Source of the DNA: Phoronis australis
Lineage: Eukaryota; Animalia; Phoronida
Reading direction: 5' to 3'
DNA length: 64,000 bases
Assembly: GCA_002633005.1 (NCBI GenBank)
Contig: NMRA01000652.1
Span: 145,155 to 209,154, forward strand
In this document: positions 42,524-56,100 of the stretch, piece by piece
Position numbering within the stretch: the first letter of the stretch is position 1
Layout: every line of letters begins with the position of its first letter
The notes under the pieces: generated by a model
Database searches by the model: none
Seen by the model: only the letters and a program-made list of their open reading frames with translations
What the model was told of the DNA's origin: nothing
Position numbers and translations under genes: made by a program

Positions 42524-45500
42524 TTCTCTGTGTGTTTTATTGAAACTTCTGTCCTAGTTTCTTCTTCAGATTTAATGCACGTATTCTTATAAGGAAGTCT
42601 TTGATGAATTTTGTCAACCATGTGATTGTGAGTACGGTTGCAGCGTGTTGGGCAAAAAAGGAACAGTGTCCCCGCCATTAAGATTGTGTGGTAATCGAAG
42701 GCTTGAAGGTTTATTAATTCTCTTAGCTCTGGTGTAGATGAGTCGAGAGTCGAATACCTTATTTACACAATTAAAGTCTTTGTGTAGAAGAAACACCGAG
42801 GCAGTATTCCTTTTTTGTCCTGACAAAATTGTACATAAGACTAGCACGAGAGCATTGAGTTTCCATGACCTAAGCATCCATCGGAATTAATGTCTGTTAG
42901 TGGTGTTAGGTTGGGGATTCTCTTGATGCCTTGTCCTTATATATAGATATATATATGTATACTACAAAGAGGATTGTTTGTTGAATGTGTTTAATCAATG
43001 GGTTGTCTATTGTAGATCTTGTCTGAGTGCAGTTTATTATATCTTCCTGGCCAATAAAATGAGTTTTAGGATTAAGAATGTTTTGATACTTGCATGTATT
43101 TTCACTGGGTACTTGCGGTCAATTTTAAAAATCTTGAAGCACCAAAAAATGTTGCCTTTGTTGTCCAAGGCGCTAGAAAACTCCAGAAAAAGTTTAAATT
43201 TTAATAGGCTTGTCAAATAGCTGTCACCAAGTGCAGGGATGTTTTAATGGCCGTTTACACCTTTGTAGATAGGTCTTGACTGTAAGATTTTCCACAATTT
43301 TGTATACAGGCTTCATAGAAGGGAATGTTTCTTCCAAACAATGCAAAGTATAAACTAGCTTTCGGGAACAGTGGATTCCCTCGAATTCTTCATCACCTTT
43401 ACATCTCTGATTAAGTTAAAAAACGTGGGTGAATACATTCACTGTTATGTCACAAAATTGCGCTGTCAATATCATTTAAGGATATCACATGAGCTACCCC
43501 TATGGTGTGCAGCGAATTCTGGATAAATACTGGAAGAAATGGCATCACTTAAGAATGATGGGGTACACGGAACATTGTGCGTGGAACGTTGCTAAAGAGC
43601 TGTTTCACAGCCCCTCTTTGAAAATGTTATTTTGTATAGTTTTTAAGCAATAGAGGTATCAGATTCTTTATTGAAACCTAAAGCACTTTGCTAGAAACAC
43701 TCAAAATGTTCATATTTTCATCGTTATGAAATCATCCAGAACGATGCATTTGTGTTATACAAAAAAGTGGTCTTTGCTGTCGCCTATCTTTCGATTCGGT
43801 CAAAACTGTTTTTTAGGCCGTGTCGTGCTTGGCTTGAAGATGTTGCATGATTTTCACGTCTCCTCGTGATTAGTTGATAGTGCCAGGTTTATAGGGCCCC
43901 GTATGAGAGGAGGTCCCTCAATATGAAGACATGCTGCCCAAGTGCTCAAATATGAAAATCTTCATTTATAAACACCCTCTATCCGTCATCGGTCATTTTC
44001 CCAACTAAAAGTTGTGCGATTTCACACTTTCCAGGACCTTGCTGCGGTCGTTGTTTTAGAGTTCTCTCCGAAAATGAGGGATGTTTCATCGAAGTTGTAT
44101 CGATATTTACTCGTTTTTGTTCGTTTTCGCAATGAATATCGGCCAGCTGTTACATCGTGTATCCGTGTACACGAGTGTGAGGGACAACCGAGAAACTTCG
44201 AATCCAAGGGAACCCAATGTCAATATCGTGCGTTTATTTTCCTGCTCTTTGGACGCCACATAAGTGTTAAATTAGAGGACAATACGGTTGAAATGTGGCC
44301 AGTTAATACTAGTTTTCATTTCGTGTCCGAGTGAGTCTAACAAATGGTGCAGTCGAAACCTGGTTGGACACAATGACTCGTGCTGTACTAGCTTTGGTGC
44401 AGAGGTTGACCGTCTGTTTATGGAAGTTTATTTTGCAATCAGTTTGTGCACCCAAGAGTTGAACAGAATTGTCACATGCAATAACGATGGGGAGCAAAAA
44501 CAGATTTTTGGGGAATCACTGAGTGTGTCCCTGAAGAATGAGAACTTCATTCATAGGGTAATCAAAGTGCGAAGTATTGTCACCTACAGTAATCGTAGTG
44601 CGCAAAAAGTATTACCACCTGTGTTTCCACTTGCCTTCGAGGGAATAAGAATATAAAACATTGAATAGTGTGCCATGCATGAAATTGAATGTGTTTCACT
44701 TCACGAGCATAGGGCCGGAGGCTAGGATGAGTAGCTCACACGAAGAGTCGAGTCACCCCCGGCCGGCCCTGGCTCTTAAGTCAGATAAGGATTTAATATC
44801 AACGGGTGATGACGGTATTTATGAGTCAGTAGGTGGCACAACTTGTACTGCGCACGAGAACTTGCGCTAGTCGACGTCACGCAGATTGGTGTGAGAAGTG
44901 AGAGTCATTTTGTTAGAAATTCTCTGACATAAGCTGTTATAACAGATACAGTTCGTAGTCGTAGTGTTTATTTCGATATCAAACCCGGTTTTGGAACACC
45001 TAGCTCCAGCACACTATCTAAATCATTTTGGCAGTTTTGAAAACACTCATTGTGTCCCTAGGAGAGTTGAGACAACTGGTAAGGGGATAGTTGAGCCGTG
45101 GCTCATTTTGACTCTCATATTTGCTAGTTTGTAATTTAAGTTGGCCGACGTACAAAGCTGTAGGAAGCCGTCAGCTCAACTCTCCTTGACGGGATGCTCA
45201 ACCAAGCCCCACATCAGAGTTGAGCCACTTGACTATTTTTATAGTTCTATACTCTATAGTTTTGTACACATTTGGCTAAATACATCGACAAGTCGATACA
45301 GTCCAACATTAACCTTGGTGTAGTAAATGATGCGACCAGTCTACAGCTGCACTAGTTCATTTTAAGGCAATAGACGTCAGCACCGTACGGATGCAGTGGC
45401 GGAACGTTTCTCGATGCATACATTTAGGTGCATTCCCCATTCCCCTCCTCATACACAAAAACGAAACAGGTAATTAAAAACTTCATTGTGGCGACCAGCT

Positions 45501-47938
45501 TTGCAACGACCGGCGATTTGTAACTGCTGCCGACACTGGTGTCGATCGGTTGGAGGTTGCACTGGTGTCGTCCTCCGGTCACGAAATGGTATATCAGGTA
45601 CATTTCATATCAGTCTAAAGGTAAGAACCTCCAAGAAAATCAAATGCTTCTTGAGAAAAGCTAAGCAAATAAATAGGTCGGCACTTATGATTCCAAGTGC
45701 CACTGTAATGTGGCTGAAGAAAAACATTGTTTTAATATTACGTATGTGAATGGAAGGCTCATAACCCATTTTTTGATGTTTCTGATTCTTTACCTGTGCT
45801 TACTTTTAGATAATTTGACAAGACGGGGTTACAAATTTATCAAAAATTGATGACTGAAATATTCCTCCAAAGACTTTTGCAATCAAAACTTAGGGCGGGA
45901 AATTTGCATACCACCAAAATTTACATTGACAACAATAGGGTTAAAATATCTCCGTTATGGCCAACGCCTTAAATAAAGCTTAAGGGAAAGGGAAATGACA
46001 TTGGTGAATCTACACAGGGGGTCGGTGCTTACGTACTTGAACCCCGCCCCCTTGTGCAGAAATACTTGAAGTAGATCACTACAGGCCATGTTTTAACGTG
46101 TATTAAAATACGTACACCTATTGTCAACACCCATCAGTGACAATTCGTAAGTCAACAGTAGCGTGTACTATCGGATAGAAGTGAACAGGTTATCTCTGCT
46201 TGTAGCCAGATGCGGCATTTTCAGACGAAAACAAGGTGGCTTCGTTTTATCAGAGAAGACGGTGTGGCGCAGTGCTTTGAGCTTCAGACTTCCGTTTGTA
46301 AGATTCGGGTTCAAATCTTGATTTAATTGGCAGACAGTCGAGCATTGCACAAAAGTTTGCCTCCCGAGACAGTGCAGGTGTCAGGATTAAATCGTAGCAA
46401 CTGGCATAGGCGAGGGGCCGAGGTTAGTCGAGAAAAGAAAGACAGCGAAACAAGTATTTTAGAGAACATTCAAGAGAATATTTGTCAAAGCAGTGCTTGA
46501 TTTCCCATTTTAGGACCTTATCTATTGTTATTGAGAGGCCGATTTAAAGCATAATGAATTTTCCGGGTTTAAAATTCAAGAAAATAGGGAATGCAAAACT
46601 TTATTTATCTTGCTGGAGTCATCTGTCGCGTTCTTTTTTCTTCGTTTTCTTTCCTCAAAAATTGTATGTTATTTGATAAAAATTTGAGAACCTGAAGGAT
46701 TTTACCAATTGCTGCTCATTTCCTGTTTTTGAAATTATAGATCCTTGCACATTTATGGGCCCAGCCCTTAGAGAGGGCCCCTTCATGTTTTTATTGATAA
46801 CTTCTTTGGAGGTAAGACCCAATGATGGATTCAATTGCCGTTGTTTTCTCGTTTGTGTGAAATTGAACAACGTTGTATGTTAAGGAAGGTCTCTCCTTCA
46901 ACCGGGTAAGAGTGTTTCTCAATAATAAGTTCCAACTTAGAGACCAATCGTATATAACAACAGCTCCGTCGACACACAAACTTACCCTTGAGCAAGTTAC
47001 TCCTGGAACTTGTCGCTAGGTTGGGGTTGTGTGAACTCTATTTAAACCAGTACAACTTGCCCCACTTGTGACAACCTTTACTGGGGAAAGGTATTACCCA
47101 TTTTCTAGACTAATTTTCGCCACTTCTAATCGCAGTGTGACCGCAATCCTGTGGAAGTAATTATCAGCTTCGGTCACATAACAGATTCTCATCAGTTGTT
47201 CATTGTCATAAACGGAGCAACTTTTACGCCTTACTCCAGCGAACAATCGGATTTTTGTACGTGGATGCGCCACTTAAAATTGGGATAAGTTGCACTCCAT
47301 TGCAAATTGTTCAAGAGTAGGCTGTGTGTGGTTTACCCGACGGAACTGGTAAAGTCTCAGAGCAGAATGTGAACAAGGCATTCGGAATCAGTGTCCGAAG
47401 TACTGCAAAACAATAATGTTATCTCGTGACCAATGCAACTAGACTGCCTAACACAGTACGTATAACACATTTTAATTGTAAAAAGTGGATTTCACTTGGT
47501 GGCAGTAACTAAAAAATGGTCCATCCTACAAATGCGTGTATATTTACTTCGTAACTCAACAGTTGCGTGTACTGTCGTACGAAGTTAGATCTTGTCAGAT
47601 TATTTCTACATGCGATATTTTTCGAAGAATGCAAAACCGGTCATTTTCTTTCTGCTTATACCCAAACACGGAGATCTGGAAATAAACCTATGAAATCTAT
47701 CTAGCCTGTCTTAAAACATGTCCTTATTGCGATATGGATTTCTTTCTTTCACACAATTGAATTGTGAGATCGACTACGATTAAATTAATGTGGTTCAATC
47801 TAGGAAGGGTTGGCCAAGATTCGTTGACACATCTTTATTTGCATATGCTCTGAACCATTTGTTAACAGATAAGGGTCAATTTCAATCATGATAAGAAAAT
47901 GTTGCTTAAAATGCATTTTTGTAACTGATTAACCTCAC

Positions 47939-48486
47939 GGATCATCAAACAGGAGTTTGTTCATTCCAGGACAAAGCCCAGTGGCACGAACTTGGGGTTG
48001 CGGTCGGTGGGGATAAAGAGCATCTTTTGGCAATCCATCGGCGAGCTCCAGTGGAAACAAATCATCCCCAAACTGTGAACGATGAACCACTTTGAAGACT
48101 AGTCGTCGTACATCATCCTGCACTGCGCTGGCAACGACATCGGTCACACCAAATCGCATGAGCTACGCACCACTCACAAGTTATGCACTTCCTGAGATTA
48201 CAACAAATTTCTAAACAGTACAATTGTTTGGTCCGCAATACTACCACGATTACAATGACGAAGAGGTAACATGAAAGTCGTGAACAACGCAAGGGCTAGA
48301 ATCAACTCCATGGCGGCTAAGACTGCTCTCACTCATTTTGGGTGCTACATCAGGCACCCTGACATACAGCAGACACCACGTTGTTGTTCGAGCCACCTGT
48401 CGCCTGGACACGATATTTTTCCCAATGCTATAAAGGGTGTCTTAGAGCAATTCACTGCTGGCGGACATAAGGTGTATGGTCAATAG
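47939..48486 (+). pseudogene. Degenerate SGNH/GDSL hydrolase ORF, probably from a Ngaro/DIRS-type tyrosine-recombinase retrotransposon
   Basis: Translation across frameshifts and stops: GSS..GTNLGL..IFWQSIGELQWKQIIPKL*..YIILHCAGNDIG..IVWSAILPRLQ*R..RARINS..GCYIRHPDI..HLS..GHDIF.NAIKGVLEQF. The GSS, GND and HLS blocks are in SGNH order. Confidence 0.7.
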
Positions 48487-48664
48487 CTCTCTCACTTATG
48501 CTTAGGTAAGAGTCTTCTAAATGGTACTTTGTTTGAGGTATGTCACCATATTATAATCTATTGTGTAACTGCCCCTGTACTTTTTCGCTCATCCCCTACC
48601 ACTCCTATTAGTCTCTGAGTACAAGAATCACGGCGGTGGATTATTCATTCACGAACAACCCATT

Positions 48665-50000
48665 TAGCACAAACTGAGCCACAACACCAAGTTGCTTACA
48701 ATATCTCTTTTTATCATTCCGGCTGGTCTGCTCAATCAGCTTGTCCGGAACCTGTTTTACCAGGTTAATTTTTATAGCCCAGTTGGCTGTTTGGTGTGCC
48801 CTCTTGGTACTTTATGTGATATTTGTCCATTTGGCAGTTTGTATCCATTTGATACTTATCATTGAATATGTGGTCAGTTTGCTCCATCCACTTGGTAGGC
48901 ATTTGACCAATACCCATTTGGTATTACGTACCCAATTGGTACTATACTAACCTCTGCGACTCTTTATCCGATACTCAATTACACATTGGATTTTGTGAAT
49001 GTGTATGCTTTCTTTTGTAATTAAGGAACCCATCTGGTACCTTCTGTAATATGATTAATTGCGAAAGCCATGGCCCTGAAATTCTCAAAACAACTTAATA
49101 TATATAATTATACATTATTTCTGTGTTGTTTTTATTTGTCCCCAAAAATGAGATTGATGGCACTCTGACATGAATCCTATTATTTCAGCAAATACTGTTT
49201 TACAACTCTTGAGGCTTCACATACAATAAATACTTATTTCCGGTTGTTCTTTCTCTGTAGCTTACGATTGGCCCAGCGTCTACGAACAATATAGTCACTC
49301 GTAAGTTTTTCCCATTTACGCAATTTTATACCTATCCCACTCATCTTACCCTATGTTGTAAAAAAATTGGTGCTGGTTATTGCTTTTATTACAGCCACTG
49401 CTGGTACCTCCTTCAAGCCCAAAGTGTGCTGCCGTCAAGTAAGAAAAGACTCCATTGGCTAGCGACCATAACTTCGCTCGAGTTTCCATCACCGCAAATT
49501 GCGTTTCTCTATCCTAGTCACAGCTCTCAGGACAATGGGCACAAAATGAGCCACAACACCACGTTCATTTCAAGATCTCTTTTTATCACTCTACTTGGTC
49601 TGCTCATTCAGCTTGTCCGGAATCTGCTTTGCCAGGTTGTTATAGCCCAGTTGGATGTTTGGCGTATCCACTTGGTACTTTATATGATATTTTCCCATTT
49701 GTCAGTTTGTATCCATTTGGTATTTATTATTGAGTATTCCGTTTTCCTCGACCCACTTAGTAGGCAATCAGCCAATACCCATTTTAGTATTATACACCCA
49801 TTTGGTACTACACAAACATGTCCCACTTTGTATGCGATACTAAGTTATATATTGGGTATTTTAAATGCTTATGTTATCTCTTGTAATTAAAACACCCATC
49901 TGGTATCTTCTGTAAAAGGATTAATTGTAGAGCCCTGACTGAAATTACCAATACAATTTAAAATACATATTACTGTTGTGCTGATATGCTTGTCCCCAAT
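48665..50000. repeat. Diverged direct repeat pair (about 48665-49145 and about 49538-50000)
   Basis: Colinear blocks GAGCCACAACACC, TCAGCTTGTCCGGAA, ATAGCCCAGTTGG, CAGTTTGTATCCATTTG, TTGTAATTAA..ACCCATCTGGTA.CTTCTGTAA and TTGTCCCCAA. Confidence 0.85.
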
Positions 50001-51205
50001 AATCAAAACTCACTTGAGAAAAACTCTCCTAAAGGTCTCTCAGAAATCATACACAAGATGCTGAAGTAATTTCTATACCTTATTTAAAAGTACGTGATGT
50101 GACCGTAATTAAAAGGCTAATCCATTCCCAGCAGATATGAAATTGGAGAGTAAGACAAACTACAAGTCTTAAATGTTAAGACTGTCTTCATGAAACGGAC
50201 CCTAGAAATGGTTTTGGTCTTGCGAAAATGTCACGCACTAGTGTCAATTGAACAGCAATGTTACCTGTGCAGCGGCAAAAATAGCTCGCGTTAGCACATG
50301 TACCGTGTAAGAAGACGTTGAAATGTAGATCAATCTTTGCATTGCAGAGTCCGTTTCTTGTAGTGGCAGGAACCACTTGCTACACAGACCTATACTAATT
50401 CAGACGTTGCCTCTGCGTTCAATGCTCTGTATTTGAGATAGCCTTCGAGAGTTAACCAAAACATAAAAAACAGATCCAAAACTGTCTTTACCTTGGCAAT
50501 CACTTTACAACATGATAAGAGGAAGCTTTCCATATATTTTAGGACCTTTTTCGCTTACAGTGTATTTTTGCTGTTCATTTGCCCTTTCGCTTTGTTTTTG
50601 AAGCAGTTGTTTCGATGTCAGCGTCACCACCAGTCTCAAAGTAAATAAACAATGCATGAGTACATTTTATGACACCCTGAATGAATATCCGAAATGCATC
50701 AATATCTTTGAGAAAGATTCTAGATTTGAAAAATTGTCTGAGATACTTCTTAATTTTGGAAAGCGGATGATTGGGATCTTCCCAATTTCAGCTTTTATTT
50801 AAGTTCATTGAATTAAGCTTCATGCATTCTAACAAAACTCTTAAAAGATGAGCTTCTAACTGTCAAAACTGATCTACGAGTCAGTCTATAGTCTTAGAAT
50901 AAACGCATATTTAAACAAGCAACCAACAAATTTGTTGTTTATCAAAACAGAATATTAAACCAATATTCGAAGGTGTGCTCGCAGATTTTTGACGGGCAAC
51001 TGGGGAAACATGGAGGACACAGCATCCAACGACGTTTGGGATTTCGCCCAGAATAATTCGGAATTAATTTGTATTTTGGTTCCTCCTACAGTTGGCTGTT
51101 ACGATTTATGAGTTAAACTCGAGCTTAAAAATCGCTGAAATATTTTTTGATGACTGTCAGAACATTGACTGTACAGTACTTTAAGTATCTTAATCCGTAC
51201 ATGTT

Positions 51206-51949
51206 CACTGTCACGGGTAAGAAACAACATGACAGCTGGACCCAAAACATCACCGAAAGTCCTCCAAATCAGACAGACTCACCACAAAACAGGACCTACG
51301 GGGACCAGATGACACTGTCGCACCAGAAAATGGAACCGACGCACCTTAAAACAAGACCGCCGGACAAAATGTAGTTATGAATCATACTGCGGGGTTTGAT
51401 GTAACCGGCCAGCTAGCTGTATAAAGACTATCGCCCAAAATACAGCCTGGTAGCCCGTGCGTTAAGCCCCGTCAGACGCCGAAATTTAACACAGCCCGGG
51501 TGGTTCTACTCGCAACCTGAAGAACTAACGACCGGCGGAGGTGCATGCAAAATCTGGGAATCAACCGACACTCGCCTTGCCCGTTGAATCCGTTTGAGTA
51601 AAAAACAATTTAATGGACGTCATCTTCTTGCATAATTCTTTGACTTTTCTAACAAAGAAAAATCTGTCGCGCTCGATTCATAAGGTGCATAACACCTGCA
51701 CGTAGGCCTACACTGTCAAATGACAGGTCATAAAACTAAGCCTGCCTGTCATTGCGGTAAAAAACAGTCCCCAGGTATCATGTTCAATCTCCGGCAGTCC
51801 TGTTTTTTGGTGGAGCGGTCATGTTTTTAGGTGAGTCGGTCCCATTTTCTGCTGCGGCTGTCCCATTTGATCCCCGTAGGTCCTGAATTGTGGTGAGGCG
51901 GTCCGTTTTGGAGGACCGGCGGTCGTGTTGTTTCTCACCCATGACTGTG
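51206..51949. mobile_element. MITE with long (about 150-bp) imperfect terminal inverted repeats
   Basis: The left end CACTGTCACGGGTAAGAAACAACATGAC..CAGGACCTACGGGGA..CAGAAAATGG.ACCGAC matches the reverse complement of the right end (..TCCCCGTAGGTCCTG..GTCGTGTTGTTTCTCACCCATGACTGTG). Confidence 0.85.
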
Positions 51950-53199
51950 CACGGTCATCAAAATCGGAGCTCCCACAATCTAATTGACATATGCAAAATT
52001 AAAGGTTAATTCTAACTTTGAGCGACCTTCTAAGAAGTGACATTCTGTAACAAGAAGCTGTGTGATTTAAAAAAAAACGGAGTACAGAAGTAATCAATTC
52101 CATCAGTGTGACTTCTCTCCGTGAGCAGCAAGTTTTTTCAATAAAAACACAAAATGGGTGACTGCGTGGATGCCCAGGACGGATCCCTCAATACAAAAAG
52201 GTTTATTACTTCAATAGACAGAAAATGAACAGCTAGTGGGGCTATCTGTTTGGTTATCAACTTTTCACAAATGACTTTACATTTTGTTTCGACAAAAAGG
52301 AAGAAAGAGACTAACGTAACGGGGGACTTGAAAAACATAGTTTTGCATCGAATTTAATTGAAAAAACAATGAATTACGGTTATGTGTAAAAGCTGCGCCT
52401 TAAACAATTTATCAAATTTTTGAAATACTTGCACGAATGACTAAGTGCAAATTTAAAGTGCATTTATGCTATCTGTGCTGCAAACAATTGGATACTCTAA
52501 AAATGATGTCCATGATAGTGCTCTTAAAGGGTAAATCAAGCAATGGTAGTTGACAAACGTTTCATGAATTTTCTCTTCCGTTTGTTTCCAGTCTTTCTTT
52601 TCGCCGTTATCCCTGGTAGTCCACGCCTATACAAGTTTTCACGAACTAATTATGACGCCTGAAAACTTTAGGAAACCATATGCCCCACCCCCGCTTCTCA
52701 TGTCCCTTTGTAAATCTTTACTCTGATGTGGAACATTCCCTGGTTGACATCAAATTCATCGCAACCTTTCCGTAAACGCCAACGCACCTATTCCGTGTTC
52801 CAGGCACAGGTCACGTGTTGCTTTCAGGTATCACATGGAGTTGTTCGTCAATTGTTAGTGAAACAACTTTGAATGGAGTTGACTGCCACAACACCATACC
52901 ACTCTAGTCCACTCGTCAGTGAATTGTTGCANGCGCAAAGGTGTGCATCACTCAGCCACAGACATGGGAGCACGGCAGTCACGATTATGACGCCATGATG
53001 CGCTGGAAGTGCGCTTGCCACTATCGAAGATTTGATTGCTGACTGTTTGAATATAACTCTGCACAATCTAACCTTAACTATAACACTAACGCGCTGACGA
53101 AAGCACCATAACCCCAGCCAGTAATCAAATCTTTTGAGGGTGGTTCCTTTCTTCCTCACGAACTTTACCCGAGGGAAGGCATTGTGACGACCGATCCAG

Positions 53200-56100
53200 A
53201 TGGTTAAGAACACCACAGAGGGCGGTTGCAGGAACAAGAATTTGGTCAAGTATGCAATTGCTAAGATTGTCTGTGTTCTGAAGTATATTGTGTGTCGTGT
53301 GTAATTCATGTAATTGACTTGTTATCATGTATAGTATGTGTTTTCTGCATTACTTGACTTATCATGTTTATTGTTTTTTTGTTTTCTAATTGACCAGTTA
53401 CCATGTTTACTAAGTGTCGTGTATATTGAGGTGTTACCATAATTATTGTGTCAATGTTATCATGTATATTATTTGTCATATATCGTCTTTCGTGTAGATT
53501 AATTGCATTGTTGTGAAGTTTATTAAGTGATGTAATTTAATTAATTGGTGTATGTTGTGGATGGTGTATACTTGTTGAATTGTTGTGTAACATGTTCATT
53601 AATTGATCTCTTCCTCCTAAAGATTAAGAAGACGACAGACGGCGGCCGCCAGGACATCAAACAGGTCAAGTATTCAATTATTTGAATTGTCAGTATCATC
53701 ATGTATAATAGTTGTCATGTATATTATTGTTCATTGTGTGTTTTAAGTATATTAATTGACCTGCTTCCATTTTTATTGTGTGTCGTGTGTATTAATTGTC
53801 AAGTTATTACGTTCGTGTGCCTTGCATATTATTTGATTTCTTACCATGTATTGTGTAACGTGTACATTAATTGCAATTTTATCAATGTTATTATGTGGTG
53901 TATATTACTTGACTTTGTATCATAGATGTTGTGGGTGTTGTTTATCTCGTGATTTGCTACTGTGTAATCTGTATATTAATTGACCTATTAGTCCTAAAGA
54001 TTGAGAAGACGACAGACGGCGGCCGCCAGGACATCACTCAGGTCAAGTATTGAATTATTTATATAGTCAGTGTTATCAGGTATATTATATGTCGTGTACA
54101 TTAATTTAGCTTTTATCATATTCATTGTGTGTTCTATGTATATTAAGTGACCTGCTTCCATGTTTATTAAGTGTCGTGTGTGTTAATTGTCAAGTTATTA
54201 CGTTCGTGTGTCTTGCATATTATTTGATTTCTTACCATGTATTGTGTGACGTATAATTGCAATTTTATCAATGTTATTATGTGGTGTATATTACTTGATT
54301 TTGTATCATGTATGTTGTGGGTGTTGTTTATTTCTTGATTTGCTACTGTGTAATCTGTACATTAATTGACCTATTCCTCCTAAAGATTGAGAAGACGACA
54401 GACGGCGGCCGCCAGGACATCACACAGGTCAAGTATTGAATTATTTAAATAATCAGTGTTATCAGGTATATTATTTGTCGTGTATATTAATTTACCTTGT
54501 ATCATATTCATTGTGTGTTTTATGTATATGAATTGACCTGCTTCCATGTTTATTAAGTGTCGTGTGTATCAATTGTCAAGTTATTACGTTCGTGTGTCTT
54601 GCATATTATTTGATTTCTTACCAAGTATTGTGTAACGTGTACATTAATTGCAATTTTATCAATGTTATCATGTGGTGTATATTACTTGACTTTGTATCAT
54701 GTATGTTGTGGGTGTTGTTTATTTCTTGATTTGCTACTGTGTAATCTGTACATTAATTGACCTATTCCCCCTAAAGATTGAGAAGACGACAGACGGCGGC
54801 CGCCAGGACATCACACAGGTCAAGTATTGAATTATTTATATAGTCAGTGTTATCAGGTATATTATATGTCGTGTACATTAATTTAGCTTTTATCATATTC
54901 ATTGTGTGTTTTATGTATATTAATTGACCTGCTTCCATGTTTATTATGTGTCGTGTGTATTAATTGTCAACTTATTACGTTCGTGTGTCTTGCATATTAT
55001 TTGATTTCTTACCATGTATTGTGTGACGTGTACATTAATTGCAATTTTATCAAGGGTATATTGTGTGGTGTATATTATTTGACTTTGTATCATGTATGTT
55101 GTGGGTGTTGTATATTTGTCGAATTGCTACTGTGTATTCTGTACATTAATTGACACATTCTTCCTTAAGATTAAGAAGAAGACAGACGGCGGCCGCCAGG
55201 ACATCACCCAGGTCAAGTATTCAATTTCATAAATTGTCAGTGGTATTATGTATATTATTTGTCGTGTATTTTAATTGGTTTTTTATCATGTTTATTGTGT
55301 GCCCTTTATACTAACGGACCTGTTGTCATGTTTATTGTGTGTCTTGTATATGATTTTGTTTTGTTATCATGTATTGTGTGTAGTGTACATTGATTGAATT
55401 GTTATCGTGTGTATACATTGATGTATATTAATTGACTTGTGATCATGAATGTTGTGGTTGGTGTATGTTTGTTGAATTGTTACTGTGTATCATGTACAAT
55501 GATTGATCTACTTAAATTCTCAGTGTTATCATGTATATTACCAGTCGTGTTTATAAATTGACATTTTATCATGTTCGTTGTGTGTTTTGTGTGTATTATT
55601 TGATCTGTTTCATGTTTATTGTGTGTCGTGTGTATCAATTATCAAGTTATTATGTTTGTGTGTCGTGCATATTATTGATTTCTTAAGATTATTGTGTGAC
55701 GTGTTCATTAGTTGCAATTTAACAAGGGTATTATTTGGTGTATATTACTTGAATTTGTATCATGCGTGTTGTGGGTGTTATGTGGTTGTTGAATCGCTAC
55801 GGTGTAATTTGTACATTAATCGACATATTCCCCTAAAGACGGACGACAGACGGCGGCCGCCAGGACATCACACAGGTCAATATTCAATTACTTAAACTTT
55901 TTGTGTTATCATGTACGTAATTTGTCGTGTATATTAATTGACATTTTATCATGTTCATTGTTTTTGTTGTGTATATTAACTGACCTGCTTTCATGTTTAT
56001 TGTGTGTCATGTGTATTAATTTTCAAGTTATTATGCTTGTGTGTCGTGCATATTATNAATCACACAGGTCAAGTATTCAATTATCTAAATTCTCAGTATT

